64,000 nucleotides of DNA from Mobula hypostoma. Lineage: Eukaryota. How positions within the stretch are numbered: position 1 is the stretch's first letter; each line of letters opens with the position of its first letter. Location: positions 248,001 to 312,000 of the forward strand of contig NC_086101.1 in assembly GCF_963921235.1 (NCBI RefSeq). The letters are read 5' to 3'. Positions 13,227 to 25,799 of this stretch are shown here, one piece after another. Both the position numbers and the translations under genes were made by a program. The notes under the pieces are model-generated. The model ran no database searches and had not been told where the DNA came from. It saw nothing but the letters and a program-made list of their open reading frames with translations.

Positions 13227-13594
13227 CTCTACATTCATCAGTGTGTTTGGTTATGTCCTCAAAGATTTCAGTCAGGTTCGTAAGGCATGATCTGCCCCAG
13301 ACAAAGCCTTGCTGACTATCCCACATCAGATTATGCTTCTCCAAATGCTCATAAATCCTGCCTCTCAGGAGCTTCTCCAACAACTTCCCCTCCACTGAAG
13401 TAAGAACCACTGGTCTGTAATTTACGGGCTCATCTCTACTCCCTTTCTTGAAAAGGGAACAATGTGTTCTAATCCTCTGGTACTTTTCCTCTCCCTATTG
13501 ATGTGCAAAGATCATCGCCAGAGGCTCAGCAATTTCCTCCCTCACTTCCCACAGTAGCCTGGGGTATATCTCAGGTTGAGGACCCCCAACTTGA

Positions 13595-14030
13595 GCTGAA
13601 ATTGGTAAAATTGTGATGCCAGAGCTCACATTCAAAGGAGATCATACAGAAACATGTAAAATTATGAAAGGAAGAGATAAGATAGAGGCAGGAAAGTTGT
13701 TTCCACTGGTAGATGAGGCTAGAACTAGAGGACATTGCCTCAAGATTCGGGGGAAATTGGGATGGAGATGAGGAGGAACTGCTTTTCCCAGAGGGTGGTG
13801 AATCTGTGGATTTCACTACCCAATGAAAGGGGAGGCTACCTCAGTAAATATATTTAAGACAAGGTTGGATAGATTTTGGCAAAGTAGGGGAATTAAGGGT
13901 TATGGGGAAAAGGCAGGTAGGTGGAGATGAGTCCATGGCCAGATCAGCCATGATCTTATTCAATGGCAGAGCAGGCTCGACGGGCCAGATGGCCGACGCC
14001 TGCTCCTATTTCTTATGATCTTATGTTCTC
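13595..14030 (+). mobile_element. CR1 3' fragment
   Basis: agagggtggtgaatctgtgg; 3' UTR ...cctgctcctatttcttatgatcttatg. Confidence 0.8.
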
Positions 14031-14074
14031 ACCACAGACTAAAATCTCTCCTGAAATATTGTCCTTCACCCATT

Positions 14075-14101
14075 GATGTCTTTTGCAAATATTTTTACAG
14101 G
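14075..14101 (+). other. Putative 3' splice acceptor of the ZNF terminal exon (unit 1)
   Basis: gatgtcttttgcaaatatttttacag|G at 14100/14101; conserved at 43135/43136 in unit 2. Confidence 0.6.
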
Positions 14102-14339
14102 TTTGAAATGGCAGAACACTTGTGCACGGGAATCTCAGACACAACAACACATCAGTTTTGCTGACTCTGGATATTTAAGGAGTGACCAAAGATTTTCTTA
14201 TGCTACACCAACACATCTGTTGTCGATCCTTGGAGATGAAGAACTATCACATCTCCAGCTGGTAATTTGTATTCTGTCTCTGAAATGATGTTTTCTGTTT
14301 TAACTCTCTGAAATCCACTGGAACAGGGAGCTGAGAACA

Positions 14340-14761
14340 CACCAGCATTTGTTCACTGAAGATCAGTTCTTCAACTGCATTGATTGTACAAGGGATTCAA
14401 ACATATGACTTTCTGAATTGCCAGAGAATTGATCGTAGTGAGATATCATTCTCTCAGTGTGGGAAGAGATTCACTCAGAGGCTACCCGCAGACACGCCAG
14501 TGAGTTCACAGTGGGGAGAGGCCATTCACCCGCTCTGTGTGAGGGAGGAGAGCCACTCAGTCATCCAGTCTGAAGTCATCAGCAAGTTCACACCATAGTG
14601 AGATGCTCCACTAGTTCTGTAAGGGGGAAACCATTCTGTTAACGATGGCAAAGGTATATCAGAAAATTCACCAGTGAGGGGACATTGACCTGCTCGGATG
14701 TTGGAAGGCATTCACATACTCAACCACACCACAGTGACACCAGCGATTTCACACCGGGGAG
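14340..14761 (+). pseudogene. Degenerate zinc-finger units upstream of the intact ORF
   Basis: Broken tgtgggaagagattcact / gagttcaca motifs with stops and indels. Confidence 0.65.
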
Positions 14762-16693
14762 ATGCCATTCACCTGCTCAGACTGTGGGAAGGGATTCACT
14801 CAGTCAAATCACCTGCTACAACATCAGTTAATTCACACTGGGGAGAGGCCATTCACCTGCTCAGACTGTGGGAAGCGATTCAATCACTCGTCTAACCTAC
14901 AGAGACACCAGCGAGTTCACACCAGGGAGAAGCCATTCACATGCTCTGAATGTGGGAAGGGATTCACCCATTCAACTCAACTGAAGGAGCATCAGCGAGT
15001 TCACACTCGGGAGAAACCGATCACTTGCTCTGAATGTGGGAAGGTATTTGCTCGGTCATCTGAACTGAAGTTACATCAGCGAGTTCACACTGGTGAGAAG
15101 CCGTTCACTTGCTCTGAATGTGGGAAGGTATTTGCTCGGTCATCTCAACTGAAGTTACATCAGCGAGTTCACACTGGTGAGAAGCCGTTCACTTGCTCTG
15201 AATGTGGGAAGGGATTCGCCCAGTTATCTGAACTGAAGTTACATCAGCGAGTTCACACTGGAGAGATGCTGTTCACTTGCTCTGAATGTGGGAAGGGATT
15301 CGCTGTGTCATCTCGACTGAAGTTACATCAGCGAGTTCACACTGGGAAGAAGCCGTTCACCTGCTCAGACTGTGGGAAGGGATTCACTCAGTTGTACAAC
15401 CTACAGAGTCACCAGCGAGTTCACACTGGGGAGAAGCCATTCACATGCTCTGAATGTGGGAAGGGTTTCACCCAGTTGTCCAACCTACAGAGTCACCAGC
15501 GAGTTCACACTGGGGAGAAGCCATTCACCTGCTCAGACTGTGGGAAGGGATTCACTCAGTTGTACAACCTACAGAGTCACCAGCGAGTTCACACTGGGGA
15601 GAAGCCATTCACATGCTCTGAATGTGGGAAGGGTTTCACCCAGTTGTCCAACCTACAGAGTCACCAGCGAGTTCACACTGGGGAGAAGCCATTCACTTGT
15701 TCTGAATGTGGGAAAGGATTCACCCAGTCAGCTAAACTGAAGGAGCATCAGCGAGTCCACACTGGGGAGAAGCCGTTCACTTGCTCTGAATGTGGGAAGG
15801 TATTTGCTCGGTCATCTGACCTGAAATCACATCAGCGAGTCCACACTGGAGAGAAGCCGTTCACCTGCTCTGAATGTGGGAAGGTATTTGCTCGGACATC
15901 TGACCTGAAGTTACATCATCAAGTCCACACTGGGGAGAAGCCGTTCACTTGCTCTGAATGTGGGAAGTTATTTGCTCGGTCATCTGACCTGAAGTTACAT
16001 CAGCGAGTTCACACTGGGGAGAGGCCATTCACCTGCTCTGAATGTGGGAAGGGATTCATTAAGTCCTCCAGCCTACAGAGACACCAGGGAGTTCACTCTG
16101 TGGAGAAGCCATTCACATGCTCTGAATGTGGGAAAGGATTCATCCAGTCATCTGAACTGAAGTTACATCAGCGAGTCCACACTGGGGAGAAGCCGTTCAC
16201 CTGCTCTGAATGTGGGAAGCGATTCACCAAGTCAGCTAAACTGAAGGAGCATCAGCGAGTTCACACTGGGGAGAAGCCGTTCACCTGCTCTGAATGTGGG
16301 AAGGTATTTGCTCGGACATCTGACCTGAAGTCACATCAGCGAGTTCACACTGGGCAGAAGCCGTTCACTTGCTCAAACTGTGGAAAGAGATTCACTCACT
16401 CATCCAACCTACAGAGACACCAGCGAGTTCACACTGGGGAGAAGCCGTTCACATGCTCTGAATGTGAGAAAGGATTTACGGATTCATCTCATCTGAAGTT
16501 ACATCGGAGAGTTCACACTGGGGAGAAGCCGTTCACTTGCTCTGAATGTGGGAAGGAATTTGCTTGGTCAGCTGAACTGAAGTTACATCAGCGAGTCCAC
16601 ACTGGGGAGAAGCCGTTCAGTTGCTCTGAATGTGGGAAAGGATTTATTCGTTCATCTCAGCTCTTGAGACACCAGCAAATTCACACTGGGTAG
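14762..16693 (+). CDS. Tandem C2H2 (Kruppel-type) zinc-finger protein, 23 fingers, 643 aa; no effector domain visible in this exon
   Basis: 23 uninterrupted 28-aa units CxxC-x12-HxxxH with TGEKPF linkers; ATG 14762, TAG 16691-16693; real start may differ if spliced. Confidence 0.85.
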   Translation: MPFTCSDCGKGFTQSNHLLQHQLIHTGERPFTCSDCGKRFNHSSNLQRHQRVHTREKPFTCSECGKGFTHSTQLKEHQRVHTREKPITCSECGKVFARSSELKLHQRVHTGEKPFTCSECGKVFARSSQLKLHQRVHTGEKPFTCSECGKGFAQLSELKLHQRVHTGEMLFTCSECGKGFAVSSRLKLHQRVHTGKKPFTCSDCGKGFTQLYNLQSHQRVHTGEKPFTCSECGKGFTQLSNLQSHQRVHTGEKPFTCSDCGKGFTQLYNLQSHQRVHTGEKPFTCSECGKGFTQLSNLQSHQRVHTGEKPFTCSECGKGFTQSAKLKEHQRVHTGEKPFTCSECGKVFARSSDLKSHQRVHTGEKPFTCSECGKVFARTSDLKLHHQVHTGEKPFTCSECGKLFARSSDLKLHQRVHTGERPFTCSECGKGFIKSSSLQRHQGVHSVEKPFTCSECGKGFIQSSELKLHQRVHTGEKPFTCSECGKRFTKSAKLKEHQRVHTGEKPFTCSECGKVFARTSDLKSHQRVHTGQKPFTCSNCGKRFTHSSNLQRHQRVHTGEKPFTCSECEKGFTDSSHLKLHRRVHTGEKPFTCSECGKEFAWSAELKLHQRVHTGEKPFSCSECGKGFIRSSQLLRHQQIHTG

Positions 16694-17498
<805 letters not shown>

Positions 17499-17510
17499 AA
17501 GACTATAAGA

Positions 17511-18185
17511 GAGAAGGGGAGGAGAAGATGGCGGCACGATGCAGCGCGCGCGGCCGGTCCAAAATGATAATCGGTATTTGTTAAGTATGTACCGTGCACA
17601 ATCCTGATTTGATGGAGACAGACGTGAGAAGCATGGAGGAACATCTAGAGAAACTTCTTAAATGCCTGCTTTGCTGCCGTTGCTACTGTGCGATCGAGAA
17701 TCTCCAGAGGGGAAGGCCCCAAATCTTCGGCTTTGCCCATTGCCTGTTGCCGGGGCCAGGATCGAAGCGCTCGGCAGAGATGGTGCTCAGTGCTCGGTGT
17801 CGGAGGGCTGGTCGGAGGCTCGAAATTTTCTGACTGACTCGAGTCGGCTGTGGTCGGGTGCTTCCAGGGTGCTGCATCGGCAAGTTTGCGGCGCTGGAGG
17901 TTCACTACAGGGAGAGTTGTTTTTCCTTCTGCCGTCTGCGTGAGACGATGGGACATTCGAGAGACTCTGAGACTTTTTTTTTACCGTGCCCATGCTCTGT
18001 TCTTTATCAAATTACGGTATTGCTTTGCACTGTTGTAACTATATGTTATAATTATGTGGTTTTTGTCAGTTTTTCAGTCTTGGTTTGTCTTTTGTTTCTG
18101 TGATACCATTCTTAATGCATGCATTACTAAATGACAATAAAAGAGGACTGCATGTCCTCATAATCTAATAATCTAATCTAATCTA
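17511..18185 (+). mobile_element. Non-autonomous (SINE-like) retroelement, copy 1
   Basis: 5' AAGATGGCGG (17525-17534), CpG-rich body, AATAAA, 3' stem-loop GAGGAC/GTCCTC (18143-18159), (TAATC)n tail; second copy at 20448-21085. Confidence 0.75.
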
Positions 18186-20447
18186 AAACATATAGGAGCA
18201 GGAGTAGCATTCGGCTTTTCGAGTCTGCTCCGCCATTCAGTCATGTGCTGATCCGATTCTTCCAGTCATCTCCAATCCCCTGCCTTCTCCCCATACCCTT
18301 TGATGCCCTGGCTAATCAAGAACCTATCTCTCTCTGCCTGAAACACACCGAATGACTTGGCCTCCACAGTTGCTTGTGGCAACAAATTCCGCAGATTTAC
18401 CACCCACTGACAAAAGTAATTTCTTATCTCTGTTCTAAATGGATTTCCTTCAATCCAAGTCGTGACCTCTTATCGTAGACTGCCCTACCATGGGAAATAA
18501 CTCCCATATCTAATCTGTTCAGAGCTTTTAACATTCGGAATGTTTCAAAGAGATCACCATCACCATCTCCTCCAACCCCCCCGCCCCTGTTCTGAATTCC
18601 AGTGAATATAGCCCAAGAGCTGCCAGACGCTTCTCGTACGGTAACCCTTTCCTGGAATCCTGGAATAATTCTTGTGAATCTTCTGTAAACCCTCTCCAAT
18701 GTCAGTATATCTTTTCTAAAATAAGGAGCCCAGAACTGCACACAATATTCCAAGGGTTGTCTCATGAGTGCCTTATAGAGCCTCAACATCACATCCCTGC
18801 TGTTATATTCTGTACTTCTAGAAATGAATGCCACCATTGCATTCGCCTTCTTCACCACTGACTCAAGCGGGAGGTTAGCCTTTAGGGTATCCTGCACAAG
18901 GACTCCCAAGTTCCTTTGCATCTCTGCATTTTGAATTCTCTTTCAATATAAATAATCATCTGTCTGTTTATTTCTTCCACCAAAGTGCATGACCATACAC
19001 TTTCCAACATAGTATTTCATTGGCTAGTTATTTATCCATTCCCCTAAACTATCTAAATTTCTCTGCAGGCTCTCTGATTCCTTAGCACTACTGGCCCCTC
19101 CACCTATCTTCGTAACATCAGCAAACTTAGCCACAAAGCCATCTATTCCATAATCTAAATCGTTGATGTACAACTTAAAAAGAAGCGGCCCCAACACGGA
19201 CCCCTGTGGAACACCACTGGTAACCGGCAGCCAACCAGAATAGGATCCCTTTATTCCCACTCTCTGCTTCCTGCCAATCACCCAATGCCCTATCCATGTA
19301 TGTAACTTTCCCCTAATTCCATGGGCTCTTATCTTGTTAAGCAGCCTTATGTGTGGAACCTTGTCAAAGGCTTTCTGAAAATCCAAATATACAACATCCA
19401 CTGCATCTCACTTGTCTAGCCTACTTGTAATTTCCTCAAAAAATTGTAATAGGTTTGTCAGGGAGGATTTTCCTTTAAGGAAACCACGCTGAGTTCTGCC
19501 TATCTTGTCATATTCCTCCAGGTACTCTGTAACCTCATCCTTGACAATCGCCTCCAACAACTTCCCAACCACCAATGTCAAGCTAACAGGTCTATAATTT
19601 CCTTTTTGCTTCCTTGCCCCCTTCTTAAATAGCAGAGTGACATTTGCAATCTTCCAGTCCTCTGGAACCATGCCAATATCTATCGACTTTTGAAAGATCA
19701 TCGCTAATGCCTCCACAATCTCCACAGCAACTTCCTTCAGAACATGAGGGTGCATTCCATCTGGTCCAGGAGATTTATCTACCCTTAGACTATTCAGCTT
19801 CCTAAGTACTTTCTCTATCATATTTGTTACTGCGCACACTTCTCTTCCCTGCTACCCCTGAGTGTCCGGTATACTGCTGATGTCTTCCTCAGTGAAGAAT
19901 GATGCAAAATACTCGTTCAGTTCCTCTGCCATCTCCTTATCTTCCATTACAATTTCTCCAGCATCATGGAATCGGTAATTCCACGTGCTCTTATCATGCT
20001 GTATAGTACGTTGTCAAAGGCCCATTGAAAATCGAAATACACCATATCTACAGCATCTCTTTTGTCTACCCTGCTTGTAATTTCCTCAAAGAATTGCAGT
20101 AGGTTAGTCAGGCAGCATTTTTCTTTTAGGAAACCATGTTGGCTTTGGTCTACCTTCTCATTTGCCTCCCAGTGCTCCGTAAACTCATCCCGAACAACGA
20201 TCCCAACAACTTCCCAACCACTGATGTCAGGCTAACAGGTCTATAGTTTCCTTTCTGCTGCCTCCCAACCTTCTTTCATAGCGGAGTAACATTTGCAATT
20301 TTCCAGTCATCCAGTACAGCCTCCGCAATCTCTCTAGCCACTTCCTTCAGAACCCTAGGGTGCATTCCATCAGGTCCGGGAGATTTATCCACCTTCAGAC
20401 CATTAAGCTTCCTGAGCACCTTCTCAGTCGTAATTTTCTCTGCACAT

Positions 20448-21085
20448 TAGTATTGCCACCTTAATGGTGGGGAGGAGAAAATGGCGGCGCGACACAGCGC
20501 GTGCAGCCGTTCTGAAAGATATCGATTATGTGTAACTGGGGGCCGTGCACAATCCGGATTTGATGGAGACAGCCGTGAGAGGCACGGAGGAACACCTGAA
20601 GTAACTTCTGAAATGCCTGCTTCGCTGCCACAGCTACTGCACGATAGAGAATCTCCGGAGACGGCCCCAAATACTCGGCTTTGCCTGTTGCCTGTTGCCG
20701 GGGCCAACGTCTCAGTGCTCAGTGTCGAAGAGCTGGTCGGAGGCTCAGAATTTTTGGACGGACTTGGAGTCGGACTGTGGTTGGATGCTTCCAGTATGCT
20801 GCATTGGCAAGTTGGCGGCACTGGAGGTTTACCGTCTGCATGAGATGATGGGACTTTCACGAAACACTGAGATTTTAAACCATGCCAATGGTCTGTTCTT
20901 CATCAAATTCCGGTGTTGTTTTGCACTGTTGTAACTATATGTTATAATTATGTGGTTTTTGTTAGTTTTTAAGTCAGTTTATCATGTGTTTCCGTGATAT
21001 CATTCTGGAAAAACATTGTATCATTTCTTAATGCATGCAATCAAAGAAGACTGCGTGTCCTTATAATCTAATCTAATCTAATCTA
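20448..21085 (+). mobile_element. Non-autonomous (SINE-like) retroelement, copy 2
   Basis: AAAATGGCGG 20478-20487, colinear with 17511-18185, (TAATC)n tail, probable short TSD ACAT. Confidence 0.75.
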
Positions 21086-21831
21086 ACATACTTCACCTTC
21101 CTGACACTCTTGAATATCCGGTGTACTGCAGATGTCTTCCACTGTGAAGACTGTTGAAAAATACGCATCCTGTTCCGCTACCATCTCTGTGTCTCTCATT
21201 ACAATATCTCCAGCATCATTTTCTATTGGTCCTATATCTACCCTCAACTCTCTTTTACTTAAAAATGCTTTTAGTACTTTCTTTGACATTAGTCACCAGC
21301 TTCCTTTCATAATACATCTTTTCCTTCCCAATGACCTTCTTAGTTTCCTTCTGCCATTTTTAAAAGCTTCCCAATTCACTATCTTCCCACTAGCTTTGGC
21401 TTCCTTCTATGCCATATAACTATATCCATAAACCATATAACAATTAACAGGCCATCTCGGCCCTTTTAGTCCATGCCGAACTCCTACTCTCACCTAGTCC
21501 CACCGACCTGCACTTGATCCATAACCCTCCATTCCTTTCTTGTCCATATATTTATCCAATTTAACTATAAACGACATTGAACCTGCCTCAACCACTTCTG
21601 CTGGAAGCTCGTTCCACACAGCCCCAACTCTCTGAGTAAAGAAGTTCCCCCTGGTGTTACCCCTAAACTTTTGTCCTTTAACTCTCAACTTATGTCCTCT
21701 TGTTTGAATCTCCCCCACTCTCAATGGATAAAGCCTATCCACGTCAACTCTATCAATCCCCCTCATAATTTTAAACACGTCTATCAAGTCCCCTCTCAAC
21801 CTTCTACGCTCCAAAGAATAAAGACCTAACT

Positions 21832-23735
21832 TAGAAACATAGAAAATAGGTGCAGGAGTAGGTCATTTGGCCCTTCGAGCCTGCACCGCCATTTATTATG
21901 ATCATGGCTGATCATCCAACTCAGAACCCCGCCCCAACCTTCCCTCCATACCCCCTGACCCCCGTAGCCACAAGGGCCATATCTAACTCCCTCTTAAATA
22001 TAGCCAATGAACTGGCCTCAACAGTTTCCTGTGGCAGAGAATTCCACAGATTCACCACTCTCTGTGTGAAGAAGTTTTTCCTAATCTCGGTCCTAAAAGG
22101 CTTGCCCTCTATCCTCAAACTGTGACCCCTCGTTCTGGACTTCCCCAACATCGGGAACAATCTTCCTGCATCTAGCCTGTCCAATCCCTTTAGGATCTTA
22201 TACGTTTCAATCAGATCCCCCCTCAATCTTCTAAATTCCAACCAGTACAAGCCCAATTCATCCAGCCTTTCTTCATATGAAAGTCCTGCCATCCCAGGAA
22301 TCAATCTGGTGAACCTTCTTTGTACTCCCTCTATGGCAAAGATGTCTTTCCTCAGATTAGGGGACCAAAACTGCACACAATACTCCAGGTGTGGTCTCAC
22401 CAAGGCCTTGTACAACTGCAGTAGTACCTCCCTGCTCCTGTACTCGAATCCTCTCGCTATAAATGCCAGCATACCATTTGCCTTTTTCACCGCCTGCTGT
22501 ACCTGCATGCCCACTTTCAATGACTGGTGTATAATGACACCCAGGTCTCGTTGCACCTCCCCTTTTCCTAATCGGCCACCATTCAGATAATAGCCTGTTT
22601 TCCTATTTTTGCCACCAAAGTGGATAACTTCACATTTATCCACATTAAATTGCATCTGCCATGAATTTGCCCACTCACCCAACCTATACAAGTCACCCTG
22701 CATCCTCTTAGCATCCTCCTCACTGCTAACACTGCCACCCAGCTTCGTGTCATCCGCAAACTTGGAGATGCTGCATTTAATTCCCTCATCCAAGTCATTA
22801 ATATATATTGTAAACAACTGGGGTCCCAGCACTGAGCCTTGCGGTACCCCACTAGTCACCGCCTGCCATTCTGAAAAGGTCCCGTTTATTCCCACTCTTT
22901 GCTTCCTGTCTGCTAACCAATTCTCCACCCACACCAATACCCTACCCCCAATACCGTGTGCTTTAAGTTTGCACACTAATCTCTTGTGTGGGACCTTGTC
23001 AAAAGCCTTTTGAAAATCCAAATATACCACATCCACTGGTTCTCCCCTATCCACTCTACTAATTACATCCTCAAAAAATTCTATGAGATTCGTCAGACAT
23101 GATTTTCCTTTCACAAATCCATGCTGACTTTGTCCGATCATTTCACCGCTTTCCAAATGTGCTGTTATCACATCCTTGATAACTGACTCCAGCAGTTTCC
23201 CCACCACCGACGTTAGGCTAACCGGTCTATAATTCCCCGGTTTCTCTCTCCCTCCTTTTTTAAAAAGTGGGGTTACATTAGCCACCCTCCAATCCTCAGG
23301 AACTAGTCCAGAATCTAACGAGTTTTGAAAAATTATCACTAATGCATCCACTATTTCTTGGGCTACTTCCTTAAGCACTCTAGGATGCAGACCATCTGGC
23401 CCTGGGGATTTATCTGCCTTCAATCCCTTCAATTTACCTAACACCACTTCCCTACTAACATGTATTTCGCTCAGTTCATCCATCTCACTGGACCCTCTGT
23501 CCCTTACTATTTCTGGAAGATTATTTATGTCCTCGTTAGTGAAGACAGAACCAAAGTAATTATTCAATTGGTCTGCCATGTCCTTGCTCCCCATAATCAA
23601 TTCACCTGTTTCTGTCTGCAGGGGACCTACATTTGTCTTTACCAGTCTTGTCCTTTTTACATATCTATAAAAGCTTTTACAGTCCGTTTTTATGTTCCCT
23701 GCCAGTTTTCTCTCATAATCTTTTTTCCCCTTCCT
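21832..23735 (-). mobile_element. Young 5'-truncated CR1 with uninterrupted RT frame (559 aa)
   Basis: ORF 21921-23600 has no stops, with YLDFQKAFDKVPH, GVPQGSVLGP and FADDTKL; splits an older CR1 at agacctaactt|gttcaacc. Confidence 0.93.
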
Positions 23736-25200
23736 TGTTCAACCTTTCTCTGTAATTTAGGAGATGAAACCCAGGCAACATTTTAGTAAACCTCCTCTGT
23801 ACTCTCTTAATTTTATTGACATCCTTCCTATAATTCGGTGACCAGAACTGTGCACAATACTCCAAATTTAGTCTTACCAATGCCTTATACAATTTCAACA
23901 TTACATCCCAACTCCTATACTCAATGCTCTGATTAATAAAGGCCAGCATACCAAAAGCTTTCTTCACCACCCTATCCACATGAGATTCCACCTTCAGGGA
24001 ACTATGAACCATTACTCCTAGATCCCTCTGTTCTACAGCATTCTTCAATGCCCTACCATTTACCATGTATGTCCTGTTTTGATTAGTCCGACCAAAATGT
24101 GGCACCTCACATTTTTCAGCATTAAACTCCATCTGATATCTTTCAGCCCACTCTTCTAACTGGCCTAAATCTCTCTGCAAGCTTTGAAAACCCACTTCAT
24201 TATCCACAATGCCACCGATCTTAGTATCATCTGTATACTTACCAATCCAATTTACCACCCCATTATCCAGATCATTAATATGCCCTCTCCTTTACTTTTA
24301 ACTTGGCTCTGACTTGTCAGCAAAGGTAGTGTCCATCTTCCATTCAAAAATTCCTTTTTGTGTAAAATATACATATCAGTCTTGCACTTCCCATGTTTTT
24401 CGCAGAACCTGCAGGCATTGCTGATCTGCTGTCCTTCCTGCAAGTGTCCCTTTCCGGTCAACTTTGGCCAGTTGCCTTCTCATGCCATTGTAGTTTCCTT
24501 TATTCCACTGAATACCAAACATTGGAATTTCGTTTCTCGTTCAGAAATTCAAAGTGAACTCAATCATATTGTGAGCACTGTTCGTCAAAGGTTCCTTAAC
24601 CTTAAACTCTCTTATCACCAACGGATCATTGTACAGCGCCCAATCCAGTACAACCGATCCGCTAGTGGGCTCAACAACAAGCTGTTCTAAGAAGCTGTCC
24701 CTTAGACATTTTACAAACACACTCTCTTGACGTCCAGTACTGACCTGGTTTTCCCAATACACTTTCATGTTAAAATCCCCAACGATTATCATGACTTTGC
24801 CCTTCCGACATGCCTTTTCTATCTGCTACTGTAATTTGCAATCCACATCCCGACTGCTGTTTGGAGACCTGTTTACAACTGCCATAAGGGTCCTTTTACC
24901 CTTGCCATTTCTTACCACCAACCAGAGAGACTCTACACCTTCCGATCCTATATCATCGCTTTCTAACGATTTAATATTATTTCACATACACTGGGTCACA
25001 CCAGCCCCTCTGCCGACTAATCTATCTTTCTGATACACTGTATATCCTTGGACATTCAGCTCCCAATGGCAGCCATCCTTTAGCCAGGTTTCAGAAGTAT
25101 CCATAAAGCCATACTTGCCGATCTGTAGCTGAATTTCAAGATAATCCATTTTATTTCTTATGCTGTGTGCATTCAAATATAACACTTTCAGTCCAGTATT

Positions 25201-25530
25201 GAATGAACTTCAGCGAGTACACACTGGGGAGAAACTGTACACTGCTCAGAGCGGGAAGGAATTCACTCCGTCATCTCAACTGAATAAACATCACCGAGTT
25301 CACACTGAGTAGAAACCGTTCATCTGTTCCGACTGGGAATGAATTCACACTTTCATCTCGCCTGCCGACACACCAGACTGTTTTCGGCAGTGAGAGGACG
25401 TTGATCTGCTCAGACTGTGGGAAGGCATTCACACACTTATCCACGCTGCAGAGACAGTGGTGGGTTCACACTGTGGTGAGGGAGGTGATGTGCTCTGAAT
25501 GTGAGATGGGTTTCAATCATTCATTCATCA
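25201..25530 (+). pseudogene. Degenerate C2H2 zinc-finger remnant, distal end of the unit-1 array
   Basis: cagcgagtacacactggggagaaa and tgctcagactgtgggaaggcattcac; joins 17498 in register. Confidence 0.75.
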
Positions 25531-25799
25531 TTGTGTCACCTTACTAAGCTTTGACGCATCGCTAATCAGAAAGATCGGAATTTTGAGAGAACACAATTCA
25601 CTCAGGTTCGCCAATCGAATATTGACTGTAATGGTTCAGGGCAGGTTATTTTTGAGCTTTCAGCAGTAGCCAATCAGCATTCAAGATAGATTATCAAGAA
25701 GGTATTAATGTTAGGCAGGGGTCATTGTTGGAGTGGACAGTTGAAGCGGAGACATTGAGGCTTTACCTCTTTGAGGTTTCAGTGCGGAGAGCATTCAGT

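Larger units (their letters stand above)
9455..13570 (-). mobile_element. Old CR1 LINE fragment split by a hAT transposon (9455-10561 and 13227-13570)
   Basis: Degenerate RT ORFs 9803-10165 and 13111-13410; the halves rejoin across the hAT TSD. Confidence 0.8.
17499..25200 (-). mobile_element. Nested stack of CR1 LINE fragments inserted in the ZNF array
   Basis: Minus-strand RT/EN ORFs 18424-18921, 19024-19401, 19408-19839, 21494-21814, 23713-24258, 24541-24792, 24982-25185 (YLNAHSIRNK). Confidence 0.85.

Noticed and set aside
14101..14340. KRAB or other effector domain after the splice acceptor
   Set aside because: ATG 14108 opens only 18 codons and no KRAB/SCAN/BTB motif is recognisable by eye; an HMM search would be needed to exclude a divergent one
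16691..16693. Programmed stop-codon readthrough
   Set aside because: No readthrough context seen; a simple nonsense substitution explains it
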